This document shows positions 1 to 8,920 of a DNA stretch of 64,000 nt, piece by piece. Position 1 is the stretch's first letter; each line of letters opens with the position of its first letter. This DNA is from Candidatus Nealsonbacteria bacterium (GTDB taxonomy: Bacteria; Patescibacteriota; Minisyncoccia; Minisyncoccales; JAGMDC01), in NCBI GenBank assembly GCA_030612885.1, contig JAUWMZ010000001.1, positions 83,193-147,192 of the forward strand. The letters are read 5' to 3'. Both the position numbers and the translations under genes were made by a program. The notes below the pieces were generated by a model. That model searched no databases. It saw only the letters and a list, made by a program, of their open reading frames with translations, and was not told the DNA's origin.

Positions 1-89
1 TATAATTTTCTTTTTACTATCATAATATAATCTTACACAAAGCAATACTATGTGTCAAGTATAACTTAACATAATATATAATTGTAAAT

Positions 90-1184
90 TTACTCAGTTG
101 GTTCCTCGGTTGGTTCTTCAGGCGGTTCTGGCTCTGGCTCTGGCTCAATATTACAAACGCTGTCATACCAATAACCTCCAGCTTCAGTACATTCTGATTC
201 ATCAACACACAAATCAAGGTTTTCTGAATCGCAGACCGGCCCTGGCTCAACGCCGTCTTCAGGAGGCGTGGTTGTATCGGTTGGAGGAATATCTGGCGGA
301 ATAACCGGCTCTGGTTCTGATTCAAACAATGGCTCGCTGTTGCAAACATTGTTATACCAATAACCTCCAGCTTCAGTACATTCTGAATCATTTGTACACA
401 AATTAAGGTTCTCTAAATCGCAAACTGGCTCTGGTTCTGGCTCTGGCACAAATGCGATTTCCGGCGCGGGTTCAACGGGTGTGGCCTCTAATTCTGGCTC
501 TGGTTCAGGTTCAGGCGATTGATAATCCATCATTAATAATTCATCGTTTATGTCTGACGGTTGAGAAACTTGGGCAATCTGGACAAATTCATCAACTGCT
601 TGCTCAACAACTAATTCATAGCCAGGCAAGACCTTGTTTTTTATATCTAAAACCAAACTAACTAAACCAGTGTATTCAGTTGTTTCAACAATTTCAGTTT
701 TGCCTTTTTCTATTTCAGCCGTCTGAACCTCTTTCAAATAAGCTAATTCATAATCTGCTATCTCACCAAGTTCTTCTGTTAAGTATAAACCTAAATCTTT
801 GTCACCAAGAGCGGCTTTAGAAACAGTCATTGTGGCGCTTTTAGCTAACGGCTGCCAGACATTATCTTTGATGCCCAGAGTATTGAACGAGTAGTCAATA
901 TAGTAATTCTCTTCATCTTTTGAAACAGCATTAATGGTCATCGCTAAATCAAAGGTATCTAAATCAGCAGCTAAAAGCTGGGTGTTGTCTATACCTGTTT
1001 GGGTAATAATCTCCTCGCCAATAATAGCATCGTGTAAATCTTCTGAAGCAAAGATGGCTCCGCTGAAAACAAATACTAAAATTAAGCCAATAGTAAAGGC
1101 GTTGTGGTATTTAATGAAGTCAATTACTCTATTCATTATGGCGCTTTCCTTTATTAAGTTGTTTTGTTTTGTTGTTTTTTTCAT
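90..1184 (-). CDS. Secreted or membrane-anchored hypothetical protein with PE-rich linkers and a duplicated Cys motif
   Basis: N-terminal hydrophobic segment, PEPEPE linkers, and the motif VCDxENLxLCxxxSECTEAGGYWYxxVCN present twice; no family recognised. Confidence 0.4.
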   Translation of the reverse strand: MKKTTKQNNLIKESAIMNRVIDFIKYHNAFTIGLILVFVFSGAIFASEDLHDAIIGEEIITQTGIDNTQLLAADLDTFDLAMTINAVSKDEENYYIDYSFNTLGIKDNVWQPLAKSATMTVSKAALGDKDLGLYLTEELGEIADYELAYLKEVQTAEIEKGKTEIVETTEYTGLVSLVLDIKNKVLPGYELVVEQAVDEFVQIAQVSQPSDINDELLMMDYQSPEPEPEPELEATPVEPAPEIAFVPEPEPEPVCDLENLNLCTNDSECTEAGGYWYNNVCNSEPLFESEPEPVIPPDIPPTDTTTPPEDGVEPGPVCDSENLDLCVDESECTEAGGYWYDSVCNIEPEPEPEPPEEPTEEPTE

Positions 1185-1225
1185 ATTTTTGTAAGTGAAA
1201 TTATTTATGGTATAATTTTAATTGT

Positions 1226-1299
1226 GGTGGGGATGGCGTAGCACGAGGCCAGGATTATCACCCATGGCTTTCGGGGTGCAAATCCCCGCATCTCCACCA
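1226..1299 (+). ncRNA. Non-canonical tRNA-like element: acceptor stem plus T-arm, discriminator A and encoded CCA; no foldable D or anticodon arms
   Basis: GGGGATG pairs with CATCTCC; T-arm is CGGGG-TGCAAAT-CCCCG followed by A-CCA at 1296-1299; only 36 nt lie between acceptor and T-arm and they do not form a cloverleaf. Confidence 0.35.
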
Positions 1300-1307
1300 C
1301 TTAAAAG

Positions 1308-1316
1308 TTATCCACA
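1308..1316 (+). promoter_or_regulatory. Perfect DnaA-box 9-mer TTATCCACA
   Basis: Exact match to the consensus; further copies on the other strand at 8305-8313 and 34989-34997. Confidence 0.3.
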
Positions 1317-1325
1317 GTTATTCTA

Positions 1326-1353
1326 TTGACAAAATATTTTGATTTGCTATACT
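1326..1353 (+). promoter_or_regulatory. Near-consensus sigma70-type promoter: TTGACA, 16-nt spacer, TATACT
   Basis: -35 element at 1326-1331 and -10 element at 1348-1353. Confidence 0.5.
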
Positions 1354-1359
1354 TAAATT

Positions 1360-1432
1360 GGATGATAATCCTGGATCTCGTACTACGTTAAGGTCAGTGA
1401 AAAGTTCTGCGAAAGCAGAGCTTTTTGTTTTT
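1360..1432 (+). ncRNA. Candidate small RNA bounded by a promoter and an intrinsic terminator, complementary to the upstream tRNA-like element
   Basis: 1365-1376 tgataatcctgg is the exact reverse complement of 1249-1260, and the pairing extends imperfectly to about 25 bp; it ends in a tctgc-GAAA-gcaga hairpin plus a U-tract at 1404-1432. Confidence 0.35.
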
Positions 1433-1488
1433 CTCAATCTGAATTTTCTTTCTCCCGCCATCTTTTTGTGAAAACTGGTGTTAATAAA

Positions 1489-1538
1489 TCTCTGTTGATG
1501 TCTCTGTTGATGTCTCTGTTGATGTCTGACATCAACAG
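1489..1538. repeat. Three tandem copies of the 12-bp unit tctctgttgatg followed by the inverted repeat gttgatgtctgacatcaac
   Basis: Direct reading of the sequence; lies immediately downstream of the transposase-fragment ORF. Confidence 0.8.
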
Positions 1539-1549
1539 CTACTCCTCTA

Positions 1550-1798
1550 TTAAATTATATCTAATTTATAGCCCAGATTGTAAAGAGAAATGCCATTTAG
1601 GATGGCTTTCGGCGAATAGGTTTTGTGAAGCATTGGCGAGGAACAAAAATATCTCTTACAGGTTTTACAATAATATTTTTGGACCCGACCTTCTCTTTTA
1701 AATCTTTGGCCCGCCTTTACTACATTTTTCCCTTCGCAAAAAACACATTTTTTCTCTTCGTAGTTTAAAAGTTTTTTAGTTTTATTGTTAAAATCCAT
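1550..1798 (-). pseudogene. IS1595-family transposase N-terminal zinc-ribbon fragment, probably an IS remnant
   Basis: CVFCEGKNVVKAGQRFKREGRVQKYYCKTCKRYF fits the Zn_Tnp_IS1595 CxxC...CxxC pattern; only 82 aa and no catalytic domain follows. Confidence 0.45.
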
Positions 1799-1984
1799 AA
1801 ACTTTAATCATTCTGTTGGTAAAGTCGCTTGTCCTAATTCCAAAATAATATCTTCATTTTTACCAGCGACAATATCAACTTCTGTTTCTGCGATTAAATC
1901 GCTTTTAGTCACTTTAAAAATATGTTTGCCGGGACTCAATAAAGCCATTACATCAGATAATTCCTTTTCATCGGATGGAGTATA

Positions 1985-2050
1985 GTGAAAATTATCAATT
2001 TTCAATTATCAATTTTCAATCAAATCCCAATTTTCAATTATCAAAACTTT
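1985..2050. repeat. Tandem AT-rich repeats (atcaattttca, about 4 copies) downstream of the four-helix-bundle gene
   Basis: Direct reading; copies of ttgaaaat in inverted orientation lie at 2418-2445 on the other side of the gene. Confidence 0.7.
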
Positions 2051-2108
2051 TATTTCTAGAAGATCTGCTAATCTTTGAAAAAATTAAGAGTAACTCTTGA
2101 GCTTCTTG

Positions 2109-2417
2109 TCAAAGTTCTTTTATTTTTTCTCTGTGTTCTGGATTGCTTCTGATTAAAAGCCTTAACCAGTGTCTTGTTTCTTTTATTTCTTTTTTGCAAA
2201 TACCTATTTTATGAATAAAATCTTTTTTACTTTCTGCTTCAGTAGCTTCGCAATAATTAGCGCCAGTTGAACCAGCCGAAGCAACTAACTGACTAATTAT
2301 CCTCTTGTTAACCGCGTCTTCTTTTATCGTTCTCACAAAATCAATCACTTTCTCAGCAAATCGGGCAGTTCTTTCTTCTAAATCATAATTAAAATTTTTG
2401 TTTGATAATTGGGTCAT
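2109..2417 (-). CDS. Four-helix-bundle protein (23S rRNA intervening-sequence protein family)
   Basis: ERTARFAEKVIDFV...LVASAGSTGANYCEA is the characteristic family signature. Confidence 0.75.
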   Translation of the reverse strand: MTQLSNKNFNYDLEERTARFAEKVIDFVRTIKEDAVNKRIISQLVASAGSTGANYCEATEAESKKDFIHKIGICKKEIKETRHWLRLLIRSNPEHREKIKEL

Positions 2418-2445
2418 TGAAAATTCATTGAAAATTGAAAATTAT
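2418..2445. repeat. Inverted copies of ttgaaaat flanking the four-helix-bundle gene
   Basis: ttgaaaat is the reverse complement of the attttcaa units at 1985-2050. Confidence 0.6.
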
Positions 2446-2891
2446 TTCTCATCGCTACTTTTAAAATTTGCGTCATCTAATAAATCGGATTGATACGGAG
2501 GTAAAATCTTACTTTTTCTTAATCCAAAAACAAAATCAGACCATTGAAAAGCAGCAAACATCATTACCATTACACCTGCGCCAGCAACAACTTTTATCCA
2601 AAGAGGAAAACCTCTTTTAGTAGATTCAAAACCTGATTTTTCAATTAACCTATAAAATTCCTTTCTAAATAAATTGCCTGCTGCGGTTTCATCTGCCTCT
2701 TTGAATAATTGGTTAAAAACATCATCAGGAAGACCCTTTAATATCGTGTATATACCTTTTGGATTCTTGATCAGGGTTTTTGTAAGGCCTGTAAATCCTT
2801 CTTTCAAAAAAATATCTGCGATTTTCATTGCCCCTGCTTTCTTAAGAGCAAGAACACATTTAGGACGAATTTTGGAATTGAAGTAAGTCAC
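2442..2891 (-). CDS. Hypothetical membrane-associated protein
   Basis: Clean ORF with a hydrophobic segment (AGAGVMVMMFAAF); no family recognised. Confidence 0.4.
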   Translation of the reverse strand: MTYFNSKIRPKCVLALKKAGAMKIADIFLKEGFTGLTKTLIKNPKGIYTILKGLPDDVFNQLFKEADETAAGNLFRKEFYRLIEKSGFESTKRGFPLWIKVVAGAGVMVMMFAAFQWSDFVFGLRKSKILPPYQSDLLDDANFKSSDEK

Positions 2892-3092
2892 GGATTTAGT
2901 TAATTTTTGGGGTTTAACAGATGGAAATTGAATTTTTGGCTTGTGCCCGCTGGCGGAGTTTTGGTTGGCGCCGAACTATTTTAATCTTAAAAATGCGGTG
3001 TTTTTTCTGGATTCAGTTTTTGTCAGACGCTTTTCCGAAATGTGTCTGGTTTTTTGGTTTAACAATGGTATTTCCTCTCTCTTAATAATAAC

Positions 3093-4766
3093 TTACTGCC
3101 GATGTCTCGGTAGTCCTGCGAGATATAATCGCTGAATCTGTGTTACGCTCAACACCCTATTATAAATCCTGACCTCGTCGATTGCGCCGTTGAAACATAA
3201 AGCTCTGTTAGGTCTTAAATCTCCGATAGTCAATATATTAGTCCAGGGATTAGTACCAACGTTATTATAAGTGAGTTTTAGCACACTATTGACATATACC
3301 TTTGTAGTTGAACCACTAATTGCTGTTTGCACAATATGGAACCAATCCTCTGTATTGATATTTGCCCCAGAAGTCAAGGTACCATCTGAAGATGATTGAT
3401 AGGCAAAGGAATAAATCTCTGTTCCCTGCACACAAAGCCAGAGAGGATACCCCTCTTCAGCACTTGCCGAAGAAGCTATAATCCCACAATTAAAACTAGT
3501 GCAATTTATTCTATCCGTTTTAATCCAACTTTCTGCGGTATATTCATTTCCTATTCCTATGCTGCCGCAGTTAATGTAGTCGGAAGAGCCATTAAAATAT
3601 AACCCGGGCGGTTTAACTGTTGGCTTGTTTGCTTCTGTTGTTTGAGTTCCGTGATTGGCGTTGCCGGATAAATCAAAGTATTTGGCAGTGGAAATATAGC
3701 TGTATTGCGGCGAAATCCAAAGAACTGGCATTGCGTCAAATGTGGAGGGAGGAGCAGAATAATCCTGCCAAGTCGGTTCAGAGCCCGTTGGTTCTAAGGT
3801 TCCATTGTTTTCATAAACAGATTGGTCATTCGCGGCAGTGCCTGTCCCTTCATTCATAGAAACGCGAAGCACAAGATCAGACCGTTTTATATCCGCGCCA
3901 ATGTCGTAATTATTAGCAATGGTTGCTGTAATGCTTACTCCGGAATTAATCGCGCTGATTGTTGCTGTTTCTTCGCTCGTACCATCACCAATCCAAATTT
4001 TATCGTTAACAGTAAATCCGGTTGTGCTTGCAACTTCAATCACTACATCAGTTCCTGCTGTCTCTGCATTTGAAGTTGTGGTTTCAGCATCATTTGTTTC
4101 TACTTCTTTGCCATTGTATCTATCTTTAATTTCGCTTTCTGAAAGTGCCCTATCATAAATCCTGACCTCGTCTATTATGCCGTTGAAATAACCTTCCTGT
4201 TCCCCCTGGAGATAACCCTGTCCTATTTTTAACAGATCATCCCCTGTTCCCAAACTTCCTGTGGCTGATGTGGAATTCTTTAATTCACCATCCAAGTATA
4301 TCCTCTTTTGACTCCCATTATAGGTTGCTGCCAAATGATGAAAACCTGAGGGAAAAGAGATTCCCGTAAGCCATGTAATGCGTGATGTTGTAAATCCTAT
4401 CTCTCCATACCGCATTCCTATTCCATATTTTGCTGTACCCATGCTGTCATCTTTTGATACTATGACATGCCAAAAATACTGTGAATCCTGCTTAGCCCAC
4501 GCCTCAATCGTAATCGCATCAGTGATATTCAAAGAGGGGTCGTTGCCGCAGTTGATGTAGTCGTTGTCGCCGTCGAAAGTTAAAGCAGTATCGCTCTTTT
4601 CGGAAGTAATCTTCAAAATATCTGACATATAACGGGCCCGGTCTGCTTCAAAAGATGCCTGGCGAGCAAAAACATAAAAGTGTTGGCCGAGCAATATGGC
4701 GCAGCAGATAGCGAATATTATAATTGGGATTGTTTTTTTGTATTCCATAGGAATATCGCTAAACAA
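3093..4766 (-). CDS. Secreted protein with two LamG-like (concanavalin A-like lectin) domains
   Basis: N-terminal signal or TM; two jellyroll modules ending DEVRIYDRALSESEI and DEVRIYNRVLSVTQI, typical of Laminin_G_3. Confidence 0.55.
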   Translation of the reverse strand: MFSDIPMEYKKTIPIIIFAICCAILLGQHFYVFARQASFEADRARYMSDILKITSEKSDTALTFDGDNDYINCGNDPSLNITDAITIEAWAKQDSQYFWHVIVSKDDSMGTAKYGIGMRYGEIGFTTSRITWLTGISFPSGFHHLAATYNGSQKRIYLDGELKNSTSATGSLGTGDDLLKIGQGYLQGEQEGYFNGIIDEVRIYDRALSESEIKDRYNGKEVETNDAETTTSNAETAGTDVVIEVASTTGFTVNDKIWIGDGTSEETATISAINSGVSITATIANNYDIGADIKRSDLVLRVSMNEGTGTAANDQSVYENNGTLEPTGSEPTWQDYSAPPSTFDAMPVLWISPQYSYISTAKYFDLSGNANHGTQTTEANKPTVKPPGLYFNGSSDYINCGSIGIGNEYTAESWIKTDRINCTSFNCGIIASSASAEEGYPLWLCVQGTEIYSFAYQSSSDGTLTSGANINTEDWFHIVQTAISGSTTKVYVNSVLKLTYNNVGTNPWTNILTIGDLRPNRALCFNGAIDEVRIYNRVLSVTQIQRLYLAGLPRHRQ

Positions 4767-4806
4767 AACGCGAAATATTACTCGAAACTTACGCGAAATT
4801 TTAACA

Positions 4807-7800
4807 TTACTGTAGGTCTAATGATATGGCTACATTCATGCTGGCATTTGGCGCGGAAAAGGTCTCCAGTTTGGCATGGATTTCTTTTGAAAAATCATCA
4901 TCATAGAGCTGGAAAAGATCTGTAAATTCTGCAACTTTCACTACTCCGGAATTATCAGCATGGTCGCCAGCAAGAGCAGTAAAATCAAGATTAGTTGCAT
5001 CAGTGACCGTTGTAATTCTTACATTTTCAGCATCACCGTCTAAATATCTAATTAAATCATATTTAAGCAAACCTGAAGTGTTATCCACAAGATCTGTGGT
5101 ATCTGTTTCGCTCGCGCCTCCGTTGGTTTCAGTGTAAGTAAGGTTAAAGTAGAAATCTTTGATTAACTCATCTTCAGTCATTGAATTAGAGTTATAAAAA
5201 GATAAGCGGAAATTGATATTGGTATCAGCTGTTGGGTCATTGGAAATATAGAGCTGGATTTTTCTGACTACTGGATTATCTGTTATTAATCCAGTGATAT
5301 TAGCTTCTTTTGTTTGTGCCAGAGTAAAGCCAGTAAAAGAGCCGGTTTTATTACTGGTATCGCCAAAGGAAATATTTCCCTCAACATAGAGATCGCTTTC
5401 AACAACCAAATTACCGTTAGTTGAAAGAGTGATGTTTGGACAAGATACACTTCCAAAAGTACCGCCTGTACAGACCCACAGATTTTCATCAAGAATATAA
5501 ATATCATCGCCGCCAGACCCGGTTAGACCAACAGACAAGTCGCCAGTAGCATCAACATACATTTCAGCGTAATTAGTATTGTCCTGCTGGGTTAAACGCA
5601 ATTGAGGAATACTTGTAGTGCTTTCCAAAACATCTAATCTTCTATCAGGCCCGGTTGTGCCGATTCCAACGCTAGCGCCAGTAATCTCTAAATAATTATT
5701 AGTGTCGTCAAAAGTTAGAATAGGCCCGTTCACCTTGCCAATTGTTCCTCCATCAGGCATTGTAATATCATTTATGGTTAAATTGCCAGTTGTCCCGGAA
5801 TCAAATATAGTCATTAAGCTATTAACGCCATCAGTTATTGACAAAGTGCCAGTGTCTCCGATGCTTATTGAAGGAGTAAGAGAAGTAAAGGTTAAAGAGC
5901 CGTCAGCTAATGTAGTAGTCGTGCCAGCCACCATTACCGATGTGCCAAAGTATCCTGTTCTTGGCCTGGTTGCTCCAGAAGCGCCAATGTCATAGGTATT
6001 GTCAGCAGAGAATAATAACGAAGCAGTGTTGATGGTGAGAGTGTCTGGCGTTGGCGTGCTGTCAAAAACCAATCTTCCAGCTGCCGCGCCTAATCCAATC
6101 CAGGTATCATCAGCCATTGTAATATTGCCGCTTGCTGAAACAGATAAAGCTCCAGCTGTTATGTTTCCAGTAGTAGTTATGTTTTCATCGCCAAAAGATA
6201 TGTCGCCGCCAGTGGCAGTAAAAGTTAAATCACCATTGTTGTCCACTGCTACTGAAATATAATTAGAACTGTCATAGGCAACAGTGAGCTGAGGACTGTT
6301 GGCGGAGGTAATAGTTGCCTGGCCTCCATTGGCAATAACAAAGTTGTCTGTGCCGTCTGTTTGGAAACGGGCAATATTGCCTGTGCCCTGCTGGTTGACC
6401 CGAAGGCCGTCTGATGAGGAGCTAACAGTGAAAATAGCAGCGCCGGAATAGGCCTGGGCGCCGGTAACCGTGAGGTCGCCGGTAACTGTCATATCGCCCT
6501 GGGCGCTAACATCTCCTCCGAAAGTAACATTGCCTGTTGATTGAGTTAAAGTATTATTGATGGTCACTGGACCGCTAAAAGTAGAAGCGGCAGCTACAGT
6601 TAATTTGTCAGAAGAATCTCCGCCTAAGACAGTATCGTCGCCAACTGATAAATCATGAACAGCAGCGGAACCGGAAACGCCTAAGGAAGCAAAGGAGCCA
6701 TGTCCGCCAACCTGAATTCCTTGGGAAGCAATATATATTGGAGCGCTGGAAACAACTGTTTGAGGAGGAGTGGCTTGAAGTTTTTTGGTGATTGCCTGGA
6801 GGTTTTCAATATCAGCTTCCCAGCCAGTGATTGCGGCTAATTGAGTTTTAAATTCAGCCAATGATTCTTCGTCAAGAACTTTTAACTCTTTGGTGATTTC
6901 TTTAATAGGTTCTATCTGGGTGATTCTTTGGATCTCTTTTATAATTTCTTTTTGAGGCAGGCCTTCTCTTTCCATTTTTTCAATCCTTGCCTGAAGGACT
7001 TCTAATTTCTGTTTTATTTCCTCATCTGTTTTTTCTTTTTCAACAACGATTTCTTCTTTTTCTTCCGGCCTTTCTCCCCAAGGAGAAACAAGAAATTTGT
7101 ATGCTTGGCTTAATTTTTTTTCAACAATGTCATTGGCGCTTTGATATCCTTGTTTAAAAGTAATACCAGTGTTAACTATTTTGTCACCGATGTTTGACGG
7201 CTCTTCTTTTATTATTTTGCTTACAATAACAGCCTGCTCTCCATACCATCGGCTGAATTTCTGAAAGATATTGAGGCCGTATTTAATATCATCGCTTGCT
7301 CCTTCAACTGCTTCTGCTAAAAAATACTTGGCATCTTCACTCGTTAACAAAATACTCGCTCCTAAATTATAAAAAAAGTTTTTTGTTTCTGCTTCTAATG
7401 TATCTGATATTGCTATTATTCCCTGGCTCCATTCATCTACTGATTTATTTATTTTTATTAAAGATTGGTTGAGAAATGTTTTAGAATTTACAATTGAACC
7501 GCCTATTGCTTTGGTTAAAATTGCTCTTACTGGAGGGATTTCAATTTCAGGAAAAGCTAATTCAGGAAAAGCTATTTTTGGAATTTCTATTTTTGGCAAT
7601 TTGACATCTGGGATTTCTATCTCTGGAATTTCTATATCAGAAATAAAAGCCATCGTGTCTTTAAAATCCTGTATCGGGTGCAAATCAATGTCTGGTATTG
7701 ATATGTTTGGTATTGACAATCCAGGTAATTCAGGAAGCGATGGTTTTTTAATTGATTTAAGGTTTGCAGCTATCTGATTACTGCCTATCCTCATCTCTTT

Positions 7801-8202
7801 TACAATGTTGAGCATAGTATCGGAAGCTGCGATAGATAGTTCTGTACCAGTTTTTATTAAAATGTCTTTGGACAGTAAAAGAGTGTCTTTATTAAAATCA
7901 AAAACAACTCCGATTGTAAGCAAAGAAAAAACCAAAACCCCTGCTATTGCGTATCGTAAAGCGTATCGGAGTTTTGGCTGCTTAAATATATTTGAAAACG
8001 ATATTGCTGGTCTTTCAACTTTTTTGTATTTTCTTGAATCGTTCTTTAGGTATTCATCCAGCCACTCTTTTTTGGTCACCCAGTTCCTGCCGAATTTAAT
8101 TGCCTTTAGCTTCCCTTGTCTGGCTCTCAATGACAAATACTCCTGTGAGTAATCGCAGTATTTTGTTGCTTCTTGTAAAGAGATGTAATCGTTTTCAGCC
8201 AT
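4807..8202 (-). CDS. Giant surface protein (1131 aa): N-terminal excisionase/MerR-type HTH, TM segment, IEIP repeats, long beta-rich extracellular region
   Basis: N-terminus YISLQEATKYCDYSQEYLSLRARQGKLKAIKFGRNWV is HTH-like; hydrophobic segment; repetitive IEIPEIEIP motifs; G/T/S-rich repeats. Confidence 0.4.
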   Translation of the reverse strand: MAENDYISLQEATKYCDYSQEYLSLRARQGKLKAIKFGRNWVTKKEWLDEYLKNDSRKYKKVERPAISFSNIFKQPKLRYALRYAIAGVLVFSLLTIGVVFDFNKDTLLLSKDILIKTGTELSIAASDTMLNIVKEMRIGSNQIAANLKSIKKPSLPELPGLSIPNISIPDIDLHPIQDFKDTMAFISDIEIPEIEIPDVKLPKIEIPKIAFPELAFPEIEIPPVRAILTKAIGGSIVNSKTFLNQSLIKINKSVDEWSQGIIAISDTLEAETKNFFYNLGASILLTSEDAKYFLAEAVEGASDDIKYGLNIFQKFSRWYGEQAVIVSKIIKEEPSNIGDKIVNTGITFKQGYQSANDIVEKKLSQAYKFLVSPWGERPEEKEEIVVEKEKTDEEIKQKLEVLQARIEKMEREGLPQKEIIKEIQRITQIEPIKEITKELKVLDEESLAEFKTQLAAITGWEADIENLQAITKKLQATPPQTVVSSAPIYIASQGIQVGGHGSFASLGVSGSAAVHDLSVGDDTVLGGDSSDKLTVAAASTFSGPVTINNTLTQSTGNVTFGGDVSAQGDMTVTGDLTVTGAQAYSGAAIFTVSSSSDGLRVNQQGTGNIARFQTDGTDNFVIANGGQATITSANSPQLTVAYDSSNYISVAVDNNGDLTFTATGGDISFGDENITTTGNITAGALSVSASGNITMADDTWIGLGAAAGRLVFDSTPTPDTLTINTASLLFSADNTYDIGASGATRPRTGYFGTSVMVAGTTTTLADGSLTFTSLTPSISIGDTGTLSITDGVNSLMTIFDSGTTGNLTINDITMPDGGTIGKVNGPILTFDDTNNYLEITGASVGIGTTGPDRRLDVLESTTSIPQLRLTQQDNTNYAEMYVDATGDLSVGLTGSGGDDIYILDENLWVCTGGTFGSVSCPNITLSTNGNLVVESDLYVEGNISFGDTSNKTGSFTGFTLAQTKEANITGLITDNPVVRKIQLYISNDPTADTNINFRLSFYNSNSMTEDELIKDFYFNLTYTETNGGASETDTTDLVDNTSGLLKYDLIRYLDGDAENVRITTVTDATNLDFTALAGDHADNSGVVKVAEFTDLFQLYDDDFSKEIHAKLETFSAPNASMNVAISLDLQ

Positions 8203-8333
8203 AAACTAAGTGATATCCAATACTTAAATTAATTAATTATTGATTATTTATCACTGATTATTACTCTATTTTCTTATAATCAAGAGGGCTTGTCAAATAG
8301 AAACTGTGGATAACTATCGGATGTCAAAAACAC

Positions 8334-8367
8334 TAAAAAAACCGAGAATAGTTCTCGGTTTTTTTGA
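8334..8367. terminator. Bidirectional intrinsic terminator
   Basis: aaaaaaaccgagaatagttctcggttttttt hairpin with A and T tracts on both sides. Confidence 0.6.
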
Positions 8368-8386
8368 ATTGATTATTTATCACTGA

Positions 8387-8860
8387 TTAGTAATTATTTA
8401 TGACGATTCTTCTGGTGTTTTCGCTGCCGAAATCAAACTTTATTTTGATAATGTTTTTGGGCAGGATTTTTTCTATTTTTTCTGGCCATTCTATGGCAAC
8501 AATGTTTTTTGGATTGGAAATAATTTTTTTAAACCCGATATTAAAAATTTCCTCTGGTTTTTGAATACGGTAGCAATCAATGTGGAAGAAGTATTGATAA
8601 TTGATCATTGGTAACTGATCATTAATCATTGATGGTAATGGGAACTTTTTCATTATTATAAAAGTCGGGCTAAGGATTTTTTCTTTAATCCCCAGTCCCC
8701 TGGCAAAGCCCTGAACAAAAGTTGTCTTGCCTGCGCCCAAATCGCCGCTTAAAGCGATTACTAAAGCGCTTTTTTTTTGAGGAAGTTTTAGAATTTTTTT
8801 CGCCAAGCTCTGTCCCAGCTTTTTTGTTTGAGAAGAATTAGCGGTTAGATGTTTTTCCAT
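8387..8860 (-). CDS. tsaE: tRNA threonylcarbamoyladenosine biosynthesis ATPase TsaE
   Basis: GDLGAGKTTFVQG P-loop; HIDCYR...IEW motifs; carries an in-frame TAATCA-repeat insertion (SMINDQLPMINYQ). Confidence 0.8.
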   Translation of the reverse strand: MEKHLTANSSQTKKLGQSLAKKILKLPQKKSALVIALSGDLGAGKTTFVQGFARGLGIKEKILSPTFIIMKKFPLPSMINDQLPMINYQYFFHIDCYRIQKPEEIFNIGFKKIISNPKNIVAIEWPEKIEKILPKNIIKIKFDFGSENTRRIVINNY

Positions 8861-8920
8861 ATTGACTATATTTGTTATTTGAGTTAATTTGAAATAATAC
8901 TTATTAGCTTACTCTATTGT

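Noticed and set aside
1226-1299. Reading the element as an ordinary tRNA gene
   Set aside because: Only the acceptor stem, T-arm and CCA fold. The 36 intervening nt give no 4-bp D-stem or 5-bp anticodon stem with a 7-nt loop under any register I tried. It is kept as a tRNA-like element rather than a tRNA.
1226-1432. Standard or circularly permuted tmRNA (ssrA)
   Set aside because: No alanine-rich tag ORF with a stop and no pseudoknot-sized body. The segment order (5' acceptor, internal strand, T-arm, 3' acceptor-CCA, then the complementary strand downstream) matches neither the standard nor the known permuted layout.
1468-1701. 77-aa ORF MKTGVNKSLLMSLLMSLLMS...
   Set aside because: Its repetitive start is just the translation of the 12-bp tandem repeats. 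It overlaps the antisense transposase-fragment ORF, and no ribosome-binding site is apparent.
3396-8152. Numerous 60-115 aa ORFs antisense to the LamG and giant-protein genes
   Set aside because: They are embedded in long, compositionally biased coding regions of the opposite strand and have no independent signals.
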